Below, piece after piece: positions 1 to 12,778 of a DNA stretch of 64,000 bases. The stretch is from Eledone cirrhosa (Eukaryota): positions 30,256,001-30,320,000 of the forward strand of contig OZ024750.1 in assembly GCA_964016885.1 (NCBI GenBank), in the 5' to 3' direction. Position 1 is the stretch's first letter; the number at the start of each line of letters is the position of its first letter. The translations under genes were made by a program, and so were the position numbers. The notes beneath the pieces were generated by a model that saw only the letters and a list, made by a program, of their open reading frames with translations, was not told the DNA's origin and ran no database searches.

Positions 1-635
1 AGATCTTAAATCTCTCCTGAAACAGAGCAGAAGTGATAGTGTATTGATCTTTTAATTCTACTCCAGTAAGTTACCATTAAATCTGACACATTCGATACTG
101 TATTCCTAGATACACTGGCTGGAACATATTTAATCATAGGTCTTTTCACTCACGGTTGACTTGCAGCCAAGAATCTACATTAATGAGTATTAAATCTAAA
201 GTTGCGTAACTTTTATAGATGCAACTACATAATACATTGTTTTATGGATGAAATAGGAAATATTAGGTTTCTTCAACAAACTTTAACAAAGCAATGTTTG
301 TGGATCATATATATACTACACTATTACCCATCATACAAAGGGGAAATTTGTTAAAATTGCATATGTATAGATGCAAGTACATAATACATTGTTTTATGGA
401 CGAAATAAGAAATATTAGGTTTCTTCAACAAACTTTAACAAAGCTATGTGTGTGGATATATATATGAGACCAGAGGTTTTCAAACCTTTTGGGTCATCGC
501 CCCCCTCACAACCACGTAATATCCTCAGTACCCACACCCCTATTTCCAGAGAAACCTGCCTACACGCAAATTGTAAATAATATACAAAGAATAAAATCGT
601 TAATTTATATAATAAGTAATATAATATATACTGAA

Positions 636-1045
636 ACCCTATAAACACCTGTACACCTTTTGGTCTACTATCACTGAAGCCCCAGAAACACCTGCACACC
701 TTTAATCTACTATCACTGAAGCCCTATAAACACCTGCACACCTTTTGGGCTACTATGGCCGACGCCCCAGAAACACCTACACATATTTTGGTCTACTATC
801 ACTGAAGTCCTATAAACACTTGAACACCTTTTGGTCTACTATCACTGAAGCCCCAGAAACACCTGTATACCTTTTAATCTACAATCATTGAGGCTCCACA
901 GACACCTACACACTTTTTGGTCTACTATCACTGAAGCTCCCAAAACACTTGCACATATTTTGGTCTACTTTCACTGAAGCCCTACAGACACCTGTACATA
1001 TTTTGGTCTACTGTAATTGAAGCCCCAGAAACACCTGTATACCTG
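636..1045. repeat. ~43-bp minisatellite, about 9-10 copies
   Basis: Unit ACACCTTTTGGTCTACTATCACTGAAGCCCCAGAAACACCTGC repeated in tandem with substitutions. Confidence 0.9.
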
Positions 1046-1651
1046 TATAATTTTGTAATTTCATTAATATTGTGTCGTTAACCAAATTTAATTAAAGAGT
1101 CATGCAAATATCAATTTTAAAAAAGTATATCACCTGTTAAAAGGTAGACAATTGGATGAATTGTTAGAGCGTCCAATTAAAAATACCTCAGTACTTGTTC
1201 TGGTTCATTGCACTTTGAGTTTAAAACCCACCCAGGTCAACTTAATCTTTAATTCTTTTGAGGTTGATAAATGAAGTACCAGCCTAGTATAGAGGTTGAT
1301 TCTCGCTCTATCTATCTTCTTCTAGAAAAACAATCAGTTGCATTTCAACCTGGAGAAAGATGGGCTCTGCCAGTTTTAAGTGTCCAAAACAGAGTATCAG
1401 GATGACGCCCCTAAGACTCCATGAAGAGTTAAGGGCCATCTGTTTCTCTGTCTCCAGTTTAGAAAGTTCTCAACCTACTAGAAATAGCAGGAAAATCCCC
1501 CTGAAATCACAGCCTACTGTCATTAAAAAAATGCACATTAGATATTGTAGCTCTAGATATACTATGCCATCTAGTGGTACTCTCCTCTATAGTCATAACT
1601 TATCTACAGAGTAAAGGACCTTTACAGAGTAAAAGACCTTTAAAGATCACA

Positions 1652-2430
1652 AATGTTGGTTGTTGTTATTAGAGTGTTATTGTTACTATTATTGTTATTG
1701 TTGTTGCTGCTGTTGTTATTGTTGTTATTGTTGTTGCTGCTTTTGTTATTGTTGCTGATGTTAGTTGCTATTGTTTTAGGTAATGTTGTTGGTGTTATTA
1801 TTATTGTTATAATTGTTGTTGATGTTGCAGTTGTTGACGCTATTGTTGTTGTTGCTGCTGTAGTTGTTATTACTGTTGTTTTCATTGTTGTTATTCTAAT
1901 TGTTGTTGTTGTTGTTATCGTTATTCTAGTTGTCATTGTGGTTATACTAGTTGCTGCTGTTGTTGTTGTATTCTATTTGATGATGTTGTTGCTATTGTAG
2001 TTGCTGTTGTTGTATTGTAGTTGCTGTTGTTGTTGTATTCTATTTGATGTTGTTGTTGTATTCTATTTGATGTTGTTGTTGTATTCTATTTGATGTTGTT
2101 ATTGTAGTTGCTGTTGTATTGTAGTTGCTGTTGTTGTTATTCTATTTGATGTTGTTGCTATTGTAGTTGCTGTTGTTGTATTGTAGTTGCTGTTGTTGTT
2201 GTAGTTGTTGTATTGTAGTTGCTGTTGTTGTTGTAGTTGCTGTTGCCGTTATTGTAGTTGCTGTTGTTGTTGTATTCTAGTTGCTGTTGTTGTTATTCTA
2301 TTTGATGTTGTTGTTGCTATTGTTGTATTCTAGTTGCTGTTGTTGTTGTATTCTAGTTGCTGTTGTTGTTATTGTAGTAGTTGTTGTTGTATTCTAGTTG
2401 CTGTTGTTATATTCTAGTTGTTGTTGTTTA
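1652..2430. repeat. Degenerate (GTT)n low-complexity tract
   Basis: GTT/GCT/ATT triplets; source of the poly-L/V/T/N ORFs. Confidence 0.95.
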
Positions 2431-2750
2431 CGTTCCTCTGACTAAACATTAAAAATAAATACAAGACAATACAAGGAAATACAATAACCACAGTGCGCCT
2501 TACATAGAACGAAAATAGCAAGTTGTGTTGTTTGAACTTATGAACTTTAGCTCCACACACCAGTACTATGGTTCCTAAACCTTTTTGTCTTCATGACACA
2601 CTTTAGAACAAATAAAAATATTTGGCTACACTTTGGAACTAAATTTGAAAATTTATTAGCATGACATAAAATAGAAAAATATAAATAATTAAAAATACAG
2701 AAAAAAATATTCCAAGGTAACTCTATCTTGTGTCATTATTTTTACTTGGA

Positions 2751-3128
2751 GGCGGTGGATTGGCAGTATCGGTAGAGGGTCGGACGCCATGCTTTGCAGT
2801 ACAGTTACGTCTCTTTACGGACTGAGTTCAAATCCCGCCGAGGTTAACTTTGCCTTTCATCCTTACGGGGTCGATAAAATAAAGTACCAGTAATACACTG
2901 GGATAATTGCTGGCTTTGTGCCAAAAGTAGAAACAATTATTTTTACTTGGCAGTATCGGTAGAGGGTCGGACACTATGCTTTGACGCATAGAGTTACGCC
3001 CCTTGCCATACTGAGTTCAAATCGTGCCGAGGTTAACTTTGCCATTCATCCTTATGGGGTCAATAAAATAAAGTACCAGTAATGCACTGGGTGATTGCTG
3101 GCCTTGTGCCAAAAGTAGAAACAATTAT
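2751..3128 (+). mobile_element. Tandem pair of tRNA-derived SINEs (family A)
   Basis: Pol III A-box-like TGGCAGTATCGGTAG and B-box GAGTTCAAATC; central GCCTTTCATCCTTACGGGGTCGATAAAATAAAGTACCAG; tail GTGCCAAAAGTAGAAACAATT; ATTATTTTTAC occurs before, between and after the monomers. Confidence 0.9.
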
Positions 3129-3158
3129 TTTTACACTCTTTCCTACGTTCCTCTACAC

Positions 3159-3496
3159 CAGGGGTTCCCAATCTCTCGCCCGCGGGCCACATCCGGCCCG
3201 CGAAGGCCTTTATCCTGGGTTCTAAAAAGGCCTTTATCCAGGGTTCTAAAAAGGGTACAGTTTGCAATAAATTTGCACTCGATCTATCGATATTGCCGAA
3301 TAAAACAATGTTTAAATGTATTTTTCTGCTTGGGACAGCTCTAAGTATCAATATTGAATTTTGTTTCAAATCTAACATAAGGGATAGATAAATGATTACT
3401 TATTTGTATATAAGTAGTATTAATTGTGCATCCGGCCCGCGGAGCCACCACTGCATGGCTATCCGGCCCGCGGACTCAAAAGGTTGGGGACCCCTG
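3159..3496. mobile_element. Non-autonomous hAT (Charlie-like) MITE
   Basis: TIRs CAGGGGTTCCCAA / TTGGGGACCCCTG; perfect 8-bp TSD CTCTACAC (3151-3158, 3497-3504); subterminal CCGGCCCGCG repeats. Confidence 0.92.
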
Positions 3497-4159
3497 CTCT
3501 ACACCCTATATGTCTCATTCTACATTTCCTCTTATATCTCTCTCATTACCACCTGATTCTGTTACCTGGAGATTTACCCATCTGCATTGAGGCTTCCAAA
3601 ACGATCAATTTTAGAAAACAAATATATTTGTATTTCCTTCTTTAGTCATGTTTTTAGAGGTATTTGTTCATATTATCATAGTGAAAATGTGAGGCTTAGA
3701 GGGGGTTAGAGAATTGGATTCGCAATTGTGAGATTGTGAGTTCGATTCCTGGACTGGGTAGTGCATTATGTTCTTGAGCAAAACACTTTATTTCATGTTG
3801 ACTGGTAGATAGTATCAGAAATGGAAACAACTAATGGAAACATTGACAAGTTCCACCCTCACTCAGTAAGTGAATGAGGTCTGTGACCTTATGGATCGAT
3901 TGGTAAAGTAAAATTTTAGATAATTAAAGAAACGAACAAAGTGTATTGAGATATTTATTCATATTGATTTAGGCAGAAGTCCAGCAAATGTTTTTGGGAA
4001 AAGGGCAAATATGATTAAATTAACCCCTAGTATTTGACTGGTACTTTATTTTATCAACCCCAGAACGATGAAAGACAAATTTGACCATAGCGAGCTTTGA
4101 ATTCTGAATATAAGGAGTCAGAATCTTAATGGCATTTTAATCAACAGTTCACTAATTCT

Positions 4160-4422
4160 CAGGGCTGGATTTAACGGGGGAGGGGGGGGGGGGTTAAATT
4201 GCCCTGGGCACTCTACAGAGGGGCAACCACCAGTGACAGCCATAGCAATTATTTGTACCCAATGCTGGGCTTTTAGATTTTTTAAAATTTAATACCTGTA
4301 TGTATAACTTTTCAATTCTAATTACTTGCACCAACCTGAATTTGATATGCAAAATTAGGGGTGTGCTGTTTATTTGAACTTTTTGTGTATGAGCCCCTCC
4401 CCAAGGTCGAAATCCAGCTCTG
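4160..4422. mobile_element. Non-autonomous hAT MITE inserted in an old minus-strand SINE
   Basis: TIRs CAGGGCTGGATT / AATCCAGCTCTG; perfect 8-bp TSD CTAATTCT (4152-4159, 4423-4430). Confidence 0.88.
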
Positions 4423-4727
4423 CTAATTCTACCTATCTGCAACCTCACAATTGAAAATTCAATTCTCTAACCACTAAGCCATGCACCTCCACTACACCTA
4501 TATATATATATACAATAACAACAAACACATATAAACACACACTAGTAAACTAACATAGAATACAATGACCAATACACAGTCACCCAAACAAGAACACACA
4601 TCAGACAAAACACTATACACACACGCAAACGCATGCGCAGAGAAGACAAAAAAAAAACAAACAAATAAATAAATAAATAAACAGACTATATAAAGATGGC
4701 GTAAGCATACAATGCAACGGGAGGAAA

Positions 4728-4790
4728 CATAATAGCACCACTGACGATGTTGCAGATGTGCAACGAAAGAACTTTGTTAGACTATATATA
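4728..4790 (+). ncRNA. Candidate minimal type I hammerhead ribozyme (family F)
   Basis: CTGACGA (4741-4747), stem II GTTGCA/TGCAAC, GAAA (4765-4768), GAAC-TT; stem I short; homolog at 16760-16822 has compensatory stem II changes. Confidence 0.6.
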
Positions 4791-6134
4791 TATGTGTTTG
4801 TGTCTATATTGTATCTGTATTTTTGACCGTTGGTCAGTCAATGGTAACATTGAGGACCGAATAAATTAAATTAACCGATATAAAAGACACAGAAGCGAAA
4901 ACCAACCAAACAGTGAGTGTGTTCTGTTATTAATTTTGGCAATACTATTACACAAATATGACCCTCCCCAAGTATAACAATATATATATATATATATAAT
5001 TGAAGTATTTCCGTAGGAAAGGTAAAGGAAAAGAGAATGCTCTATGTAGGCTACAGAGCCTTTTTCTAATTATCTTATGTTGTTTATTACATAACTATAT
5101 ATATATATATATATATATATCCAAAATTAAGATAAATCAAATGAATTTAATCTAAATCAAAATTATGGGTGTCATGCCAGAAAGACATGCGCCATATCAC
5201 CCGCAAAATAAGCTCTAAGATTCTAACGAGTAGGTCCGAGCATTTTATAATAACTAGAAATTGATTAACATATAAATAAACATGAATAATCACAGGAGAT
5301 AATTTTTACAAGTGTGTAACCACACATAGCTAGGTAGGTAACTAAGTAAAGTTGACCAGAACTTCAAAAATAGATACCTTATAATATGATTAATCTTCCC
5401 TGTATATATATTTATATTTATATATATATATATATTTATCAGCCTGCCCGCCCAGCCAGTGGGATGGCGTTATCTTATGGCTAAAACAGCATGACGTGCT
5501 GCGACCAGTGGCGCCGAATGGACGCCCGACAGACTGGTCGGTTAAGGTGATATATTTATATTATATTCTCCAATAAATCAATGAGAACTAATGTTGTTTT
5601 GTTTTTTTCTCTGAAGTCTTCCCACACATTTATAGTAAGGTGATTAGTTCTGTTAATTTATTTGTAGTTTAAATTAGAACATTTTGATATCTAATCCAAA
5701 TAATGTTAGTGGCTCAATTTGAAATGTAAATTTGGATATTTACCAAATTTACCTGAGAGAATGGTTTTACAAGGAGGTCCTTTATATTGTTAATCACTCA
5801 ATTAGAGAGAAGTGGAATCTAATTGTTGCAAAGTGGAGTCATCATCATTATCATCAACATTTTATGTCCGTTTTCCATGATGGCATAGATTAGACGAGTT
5901 GTCGCAGTCTGAGATCAGATAGGTCAGAGTAACCTCATCTTCCTTATACATTCTGTATTTGGCTTGTGTTCTACAGCTTGATAGCCCTGCTAGCACCAAC
6001 TGCCTTACAGAGTGTACTCGGTGCATTTTATTATGGTACCAATGCTGGAGAGATTGTCAGGTCCTCAACAAGGCCAAAAGAAGCAGTTCTACTTTTGCTG
6101 TCTGAGTTTGTTCACCTACAATTTTATGTTGTAG

Positions 6135-6340
6135 TGCAAATATCAAATATGACAAGGGAAGATAACTGATGTTGTACTGCCAAACATCAAATGTGACATA
6201 GACAACTGATGTTGGACTGTAAAACATCAAATGTGACAAGAGAAGCCAACTGATGTTGGATTGTAAAACATCAAATGTGACAAGAGAAGACAACTGATGT
6301 TGGACTGTAAAACATCAAATGTGACAAAGAAAGACAACTG
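6135..6340. repeat. ~42-44-bp minisatellite
   Basis: Unit AAACATCAAATGTGACAAGAGAAGACAACTGATGTTGGACTGTA, about 4.5 copies. Confidence 0.85.
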
Positions 6341-7385
6341 TTAGCTAACGCCGTGTTATAGTAGGGTGCCGCTCTGTCAAAGATAGCCTTATTAGAAGAG
6401 AGGTTAGAGATTCTAGTACTGATATTATTTATGAAGTTTCTAAAAACAGTAGGAGGGCGGCATGAGTCCTTGTGTATGTAATTAAGTTTTTTGTTTAGCT
6501 TTTGTTTAGCTTATGGAAGGGTCTGAAGATGTGTACGAAGGTCTAAATTAATGTCTAAGAAATCTACGCTAGAGAGGTTGGTAGCTACTGTTATTCTAAG
6601 TCCTAACTCATTAAAGATAAAAGTTAAGTCTTTTTTAAACTGGTCCAGGTCGTGACCACTTTAATGGCTCGATAAGGTCAGGCCATTGTCGCAGTATATT
6701 CCCGTGTGGAAGTCCGGGAATCTAACATGTAATATGTCTAAAATAAATAGGCCAACCAAGTCACATATGTCAGCACTGTCAAATGATCCCATGGAGACAT
6801 CGAATAGTTCTGAAGTGGTTGACTTCTTTGTCCAGGTTACTCCGTTGTTGAAGAGGAGGGTTTTCCGGCAGTGTGCGATGATCTCCCTGTCTAAATCATG
6901 GATGGTAGTGTAAGAGGTAGCAAAGTCCAACGCTTTGTTTCACAGGGTCACTGAGATCGATGGGTAAAAATCCACAATGTCGAATTGCGTGAATTTTGCT
7001 TTTTTGGAGTTGAACCTCTTAATGACGGAGTCGGTGTTTTCCCACTGGGACAGGTTGGACTTGGTCCTAATGGTCTTAACTATGTTTCTAAGTATAGCCT
7101 TACTGACTAGTCCCATTTCCAATGCGTACCGGGTTTCGTAGTCTACATGTGGGATTAGAAGCAAAGTCTACCTTGTGATCCTTCAGGGTGAGAAATGCTT
7201 CATGCTAAGCTAAGCATTGTAGCTTCTTATCTACCTTATGGGCGGCAGCACGGTCTTTGGCTTCTGTATTGATGTGGTGGTAGGCCATAGGGTTAGCCTT
7301 CTTATATTTAGAGGTAATAACATTACGTGCCAAGTGGCTGTAAGTAGTGTTGTCGACTTCATAAATATTATTGGTTTGTGGGTGA
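6338..7385 (-). pseudogene. Decayed Penelope-like element (PLE) reverse transcriptase fragment
   Basis: Minus-strand translation across stops and frameshifts: YKKANP..INTEAK..AFLTLKDHK; QWENTDSVI..FDIVDFYPSI; LFDVSMGSFDSADICDLVGLFIL..GIYCDNGL (decayed YRDDGL); VDFLDINLDL; ISNLSSNKAIFDRAAPYYNTAL. These are motifs of invertebrate PLE RTs; clade not assigned. Confidence 0.85.
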
Positions 7386-7550
7386 GTTTGAATGAAATAA
7401 ATAGTTGTTGACCTAAGTTAGACCATTTACAACATTCTTACAGACTTTGAGTCGAATCGGTTTGAAATTGTGCAAATGTATAAACATGGAACATGTGCAC
7501 ACACACAACAACAACAATCTGCCTTTTATAGATAATGATATATATATATA

Positions 7551-7650
7551 TCTTGTTATATTTGGGGAGGGTCATATTTGTGTATAACAATATTTGTTTC
7601 GACACGATTTCATATCAAAAACCTCGCAAAACTAATTCATCGCTGTTATA
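7551..7650 (+). mobile_element. 3' end of PLE-like family F with short 5' inversion, between (TA)n tracts
   Basis: Inverted TTGGGGAGGGTCAT piece joined to forward TATAACAATATTTGTTTCGACACG...; same family at 4690-4985, 16735-17015, 58045-58311, 59740-59850. Confidence 0.65.
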
Positions 7651-7703
7651 TATATATATTTATATATACAGTATTAATAAATGGAAACTATATTTATAAA
7701 ACC

Positions 7704-7779
7704 ATATTTATTTCATTATATATATTTCAAGGATACCAAGTTAAATCATGGTATGCCTTCATCAGAAAAAATACAATAT
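7704..7779 (-). ncRNA. Minimal type I hammerhead ribozyme (family G, inverted arm)
   Basis: TCATCAG at 7759-7765 is CTGATGA on the minus strand; mirror of the motif at 7943-8018. Confidence 0.72.
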
Positions 7780-7942
7780 ATAACAGTTTTACAAATAGAT
7801 AATTGACATACCCTTTCATCTTTTTACTTACTCTTAACACTATGACTTACTAAAGTAAACAAACCACTATCTGGATGGCCTCCAAAAACAACGGTCACCT
7901 TTTTGAAAGGGTATGTCAATTATCTATTTGTAAAACTGTTAT

Positions 7943-8018
7943 ATATTGTATTTTGTCTGATGAAGGCATACCATGATTTAACTTGGTATCCTTGAAATAT
8001 ATATAATGAAATAAATAT
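7943..8018 (+). ncRNA. Minimal type I hammerhead ribozyme (family G)
   Basis: Stem I ATATTGTATTTTGT/ATGAAATAAATAT; CTGATGA 7957-7963; stem II AGGCATACCA/TGGTATCCTT; GAAA 7994-7997; palindromic stem III TATATA; TA with predicted cleavage after 8005. Confidence 0.78.
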
Positions 8019-8276
8019 GGTTTTATAAATATAGTTTCCATTTATTAATACTGTATATCTACTCCAAATATTTGTCGAGTGCTTTATATCAGTTATAATA
8101 ATATTTGCTTGTTGTATCCCAACAATTTAAATTGAACTTTTGCATATATTTATATATATATATTTATTTATATGTAGGAGGTGAGTTTTATTGTAGTACA
8201 ATAAAGCAATGCAGATATCGGATAAGAATGTTGATTTAAAACTGCACTATCCACAAGTGTTTTTTAGCCTTCATAT

Positions 8277-8358
8277 CATGTTCTGTTTTATCTGATGAAA
8301 ACACAAATATTATTGCATGATGATGTTTGTTTTTGAAATGCACATAATAAAATACATG
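8277..8358 (+). ncRNA. Minimal type I hammerhead ribozyme (family H)
   Basis: Stem I CATG-TTC-TGTTTTAT/ATAAAATACATG; CTGATGA 8292-8298; stem II AAACACAAATATTA/TGATGTTTGTTTTT; GAAA 8335-8338; TGCACA; TA with predicted cleavage after 8346. Confidence 0.78.
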
Positions 8359-8391
8359 GAACTCCTTTAACCATCTTTTGATCTTATATTA

Positions 8392-8434
<43 letters not shown>

Positions 8435-8639
8435 GGCTCTAATAACAATAATGTAATGTAACTGTACTTTCATTCAGATATTTTATTATATCAATTGTAA
8501 AGACTATTTCAGAATAAACACTTTGGGAGTGAAGCTTTATAGTGATAAATAAACATGACAGAGAAAAGAAGGAATTGTATAATCATTATTATTATTTATA
8601 TAAATATATATATATATGTATATGCATTTAAATATATTC

Positions 8640-8689
<50 letters not shown>

Positions 8690-8692
<3 letters not shown>

Positions 8693-8843
8693 AGGTGAGT
8701 TTTATTGTAGTACAATAAAGCAATGCAGATATCGGATAAGAAGCACTCTACAGTTTGTAGGACTGGAGTATACATAATATATAAGATCAAAAGATGGTTA
8801 AATACATGGAACTGATTTAACCATCTTTTGATCTTATATATTA
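8690..8843 (-). mobile_element. 3' end of family H element with 30-bp fold-back
   Basis: Shares GGAGGTGAGTTTTATTGTAG...GGATAAGAA and TTTAACCATCTTTTGATCTTATAT with 8177-8395; inverted arms 8774-8803 / 8814-8843; (TA)n on both sides. Confidence 0.7.
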
Positions 8844-8909
8844 TATATATATATATATATATAAGTTTATGTCTGTATGCATATGTATATATACATATAT
8901 ATATATATA

Positions 8910-9140
8910 ACAAAGGAAATATGGTAAGGAACCAGATGGACCATAACGCACCAGTGTACTCAATACTTAGGGTAGTAGAGTGGGAAATAGGAAAAAAGTA
9001 TGACCCCGACGGCAGAGCTCAAGCCGTTTCGACGGCTATTTCTGGACTAAATTAGAATTTTGGGCTAAAAATTCTAATTTAGTCCAGAAATAGCCATCGA
9101 AATGGCTTGAGCTCTGCCGTCGGGGTCATACTTTTTCCTA
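8910..9140 (-). mobile_element. Fold-back element (family L) carrying the 3' half of a hammerhead
   Basis: ~75-bp arms 8988-9061 / 9067-9140 around loop GGGCT; GAAA-CGGC..GCCG-TC-GGGGTC motif; homolog at 56275-56445. Confidence 0.75.
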
Positions 9141-9332
9141 TATATATATATATACATATATATACACACGCACATATATTAGTCAAAAGTAAATTACACA
9201 CTCATGTATGAAGAAGCAGGCCATATTGGCAAAAGTTGAAATCTCTCAACAGACACTATGGTACCTACTGTCATGACTAAAGAAGTGAACATGTTACAAA
9301 GTGAATGGGGCGTGTCAAGTAGACAGAAGGAC

Positions 9333-9366
<34 letters not shown>

Positions 9367-9634
9367 TCCCAGCTTGCATATATATATATATATATATATA
9401 TATGAGTTAAAATTTCTTTTTCACAAAAGACCTGTTTTCTGTATACAGTTGTGTGTACATAGCTGTGTGTATACAGTTGTATATACAGTTGTATATACAG
9501 TTGTGTGTATAGTGCTATTTATTGAAGGAGGAGGAGGACAAAAGATATGTTGTTGTTGTTGTTGTTGTTGTTGTTCTTGTTTTGTTAAATAAATTGCAAG
9601 ACTATGTGTAGAGATGTAATGTGAAGTCATGCAA

Positions 9635-10280
9635 TATGGTGTAGTTGTGAGGCGGCTATGGTGTAGTTGTGAGATGGTTATGGTGTAGTTGTGAGGTGGC
9701 TATGGTGTAGTTGTGAGATGGCTATGGTGTAGTGAGATGGTTTTGGGGTGGTTGTGAGATGGCTATCGTGTAGTTGTGAGATGGTTATGGGGTGGTTGTG
9801 AGATGGCTATGGTGTAGTTGTGAGATGGCTATGTGTAGTTGTGAGATGGCTATGTGTAGTTGTGAGATGGTTATGGGGTGGTTGTGAGATGGCTATTGTG
9901 TAGATGTGGGATGACTATGGTGTAGTTGTGGGATGGTTATGGGGTGGTTGTGATGTAGTTGTGGGGTAGTTGTGAAAAAATTACCCGAGCAGTTGTGGTA
10001 TAGTTGTGAGGTAATTGTGTATTGGTTGTGGGGTGGCTATGGGGTAGTTGTGGTATAGTTATGGTATAGTTGTGGTGGTGGTGGTAGTGGAGGTGATGGC
10101 ATTAATGATGGTGGCAGTGGTGATCATGGAGGTGATGATGATGGAGGTGGTGATGATGGAGGTGGTGGTGATGGTGGAGGTGGTGATGATAGTGGAGGTG
10201 GTGGTGATGGTGGAGGTGATGGTGGTGGTGATGGTGATGAAGGTGGTGATGATGGTGATGGTGATGGTAGTGATGGTGCA
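9635..10280. repeat. ~22-bp GT-rich minisatellite grading into (GGT/GAT)n
   Basis: Unit TGGTGTAGTTGTGAGATGGCTA, then triplet repeats. Confidence 0.9.
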
Positions 10281-10394
10281 CCCAGATGTTTCATTACCAA
10301 ATCTTTTATCAGTAGACTTTTCATAGTATTGTCTCTATTATATTGTATGGATGGGAATGGAGTAGGGTGTGTGTCTTTATAAGAACTTTATTGA

Positions 10395-11068
10395 GTCCAA
10401 CATCAGCCCGAGTTTAACATCAGCCTGAGATCAACTTCAGACTCAGTCGAATTTCTGACTGAGATCAACTTCAGACTGAGATCAACTTCAGACTGAGATC
10501 AACTTCAGACTGAGATCAACTTCAGACTGAGATCAACTTCAGACTGAGATCAACTTCAGACTGAGATCAACTTCTCACTGAAATCAACTTCTCACTGAGA
10601 CCAACTTCAGACAGAGATCAACTTCTGACTGAGATCAACTTCAAACTGAGATCAACTTCAGACTGAGATCAACTTCAGACAGAGATCAACTTCAGACAGA
10701 GATCAACTTCAGACAGAGATCAACTTCAGACAGAGATCAACTTCAGACAGAGATCAACTTCTCACTGAAATCAACTTCTCACTGAGACCAACTTCAGACA
10801 GAGACCAACTTCAGACAGAGATCAACTTCAGACTGAGATCAACTTCAGACTGAGATCAACTTCAGACTGAGATCAACTTCAGACAGAGATCAACTTCAGA
10901 CTGAGATCAACTTCAGACTGAGATCAACTTCTGACTGAGATCAACTTCTGACTGAGATCAACTTCTGACTGAGATCAACTTCTGACTGAGATCAACTTCT
11001 GACTGAGATCAACTTCTGACTGAGATCAACTTCTGACTGAGATCAACTTCTGACTGAGATCAACTTTG
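10395..11068. repeat. 17-bp minisatellite, ~38 copies
   Basis: Unit CTGAGATCAACTTCAGA with clustered variants (CAGAG.., ..TCTGA). Confidence 0.95.
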
Positions 11069-12466
11069 ACCATTGAGCTACAGCAGTGTTGCCACAGTCA
11101 TCTACCTTTCATGAGACATGTGGGGTGGAGATATGTGGAGTCTGTGGCCTATTGGGTCTTGAGTTAGCAAATTCCTATAGAACACACTAATCAAAACACA
11201 CAAAATGATGATATTGATGATGATGATACAAGTACATTAATAATGGTTTATGATTTCTTCTTTTTTTGTTTGATTTAAAAGTACAATAATTGTTTCTACT
11301 TTTGGCACAAGGCCAGCAATTATATCAGTGTATTACTGCTACTTTATTTTATCGACCTAGTAAGGATGAAAGGTAAAGTTAAAAGTACAATAATGATAAT
11401 AATAATTATTATTTCTTAATTTAATAATGATGATGATGATGATGATGATATGAGTGATGGTGGAACTAATGATGATGGTGATGTATATAATGATAAAATT
11501 CAATAATAATAATGATTTCATTTATTGGCCACAAGGGCCGAAATTCAATAATAATAATAATAATAAAAATAGACAATGAGACATCAATAGGAAAAAAACC
11601 CCAAAACATTTCTATGCCAATACTATTGACTTTGTAGTGGTGGTGGTGGTCGGGGTGGTGGTGGTCGGGGTAGTGGTGGTGGTGGTGGTCGGGGTAGTGA
11701 TGGTAGTGTTGTTGTTGATGGTGTTGTGGTTGTTATTGGTGGTGTTCAATATAAAATATGTCAGGTAAGCAAAGCTGTGAGAACATATAGCAAGAAACAT
11801 TATCATGTTATATATATATGTATATATATATACACACATATATATCTATGTAAAATGTTATATATATATACACACACACATATGTACATAAAAAGTTATA
11901 TCTATCTATATATATATACACACACATATATATATGTATATAAAAGGTTATATATATATATATATAGACACATATACACACACACACACATATATGTATA
12001 TAAAAAGTTATATATATATATGGTTAAATATTGAGATAATTGAAGTTCAATTTTGACATTTCAAGCAAAATATAAAGAAACAAATTCTATAAAACCAAAA
12101 TCAATACTCACATTTCTATAGAGACTCATTAAAACAGTCATCCTTTAAGCAAAAACTTTCAACATTTCTAACATTTTATGTGTGTTTTTCCCTTAAGATA
12201 AATGGTTGGCAGTAGAAAAAGTATGACTTCCATAAAAATCTTTATTCCAGTTACATATGTTCAGCTATTGTTACCTAACTTACTAACTCACACAATTAAT
12301 TTATCTCAAGCATGTACTATGTAAATTTGGGGGTGATTCCTAAATGTATCTGAACAAACAAACCTGTTTAGCTTAGGTTTGTCATCAGTAGGGAAAGTCA
12401 ACCATAAAAAATTATCATCTGGATGAATATATTAATCAGTAGGATTTATATGTGTAATGTGTAATG

Positions 12467-12778
12467 TGTAAAGTGGTAGAGTTGGTACTATGACTAATTA
12501 CTCCCAGTCCACTCTGTAAAGTGGTAGAGTTGGTGCTATGACAAATTACACCCAGTCCGCTCTGTAAAGTGGTAGAGCTGCTGCTATGACAAATTACACC
12601 CAGTCCGCTCTGTAAAGTGGTAGAGCTGGTGCTATGACAAATTACACCCAGTCTGCTCAGTAAAGTGGTAGAGCTGCTGCTATGACAAATTACACCCAGT
12701 CCACTCTGTAAAGGGGTAGAGCTAGTGCTATGATAAATTACACCCAGTCCACTCTGTAAAGTGGTAGAGCTGGTGCTG
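12467..12778. repeat. 46-bp minisatellite related to the SINE-B internal unit
   Basis: Unit CTGTAAAGTGGTAGAGCTGGTGCTATGACAAATTACACCCAGTCCG, ~6.5 copies. Confidence 0.88.

Larger units (their letters stand above)
7665..8150 (+). mobile_element. Fold-back PLE-like element (family G): ~150-bp inverted arms plus ~90-nt tail
   Basis: 7665-7818 is the near-perfect reverse complement of 7904-8057; flanked by TA-rich runs; second copy at 22355-22736. Confidence 0.85.

Noticed and set aside
472-520. hAT-like left ends (also near 2561 and 32169)
   Set aside because: No matching right TIR or TSD found, so not called as elements
1640-2000. Poly-L/V membrane-protein-like and poly-T/N ORFs
   Set aside because: Translations of the (GTT)n tract
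10395-11068. CRISPR-like appearance of short regular repeats (also 24870-25675, 26075-27595, 37930-39110)
   Set aside because: No unique spacers, no cas genes, eukaryotic context; these are plain tandem repeats
12350-12390. Minus-strand CTGATGA followed by hairpin CAAACCT/AGGTTTG
   Set aside because: No GAAA or stem III/UH after the stem, so not a hammerhead
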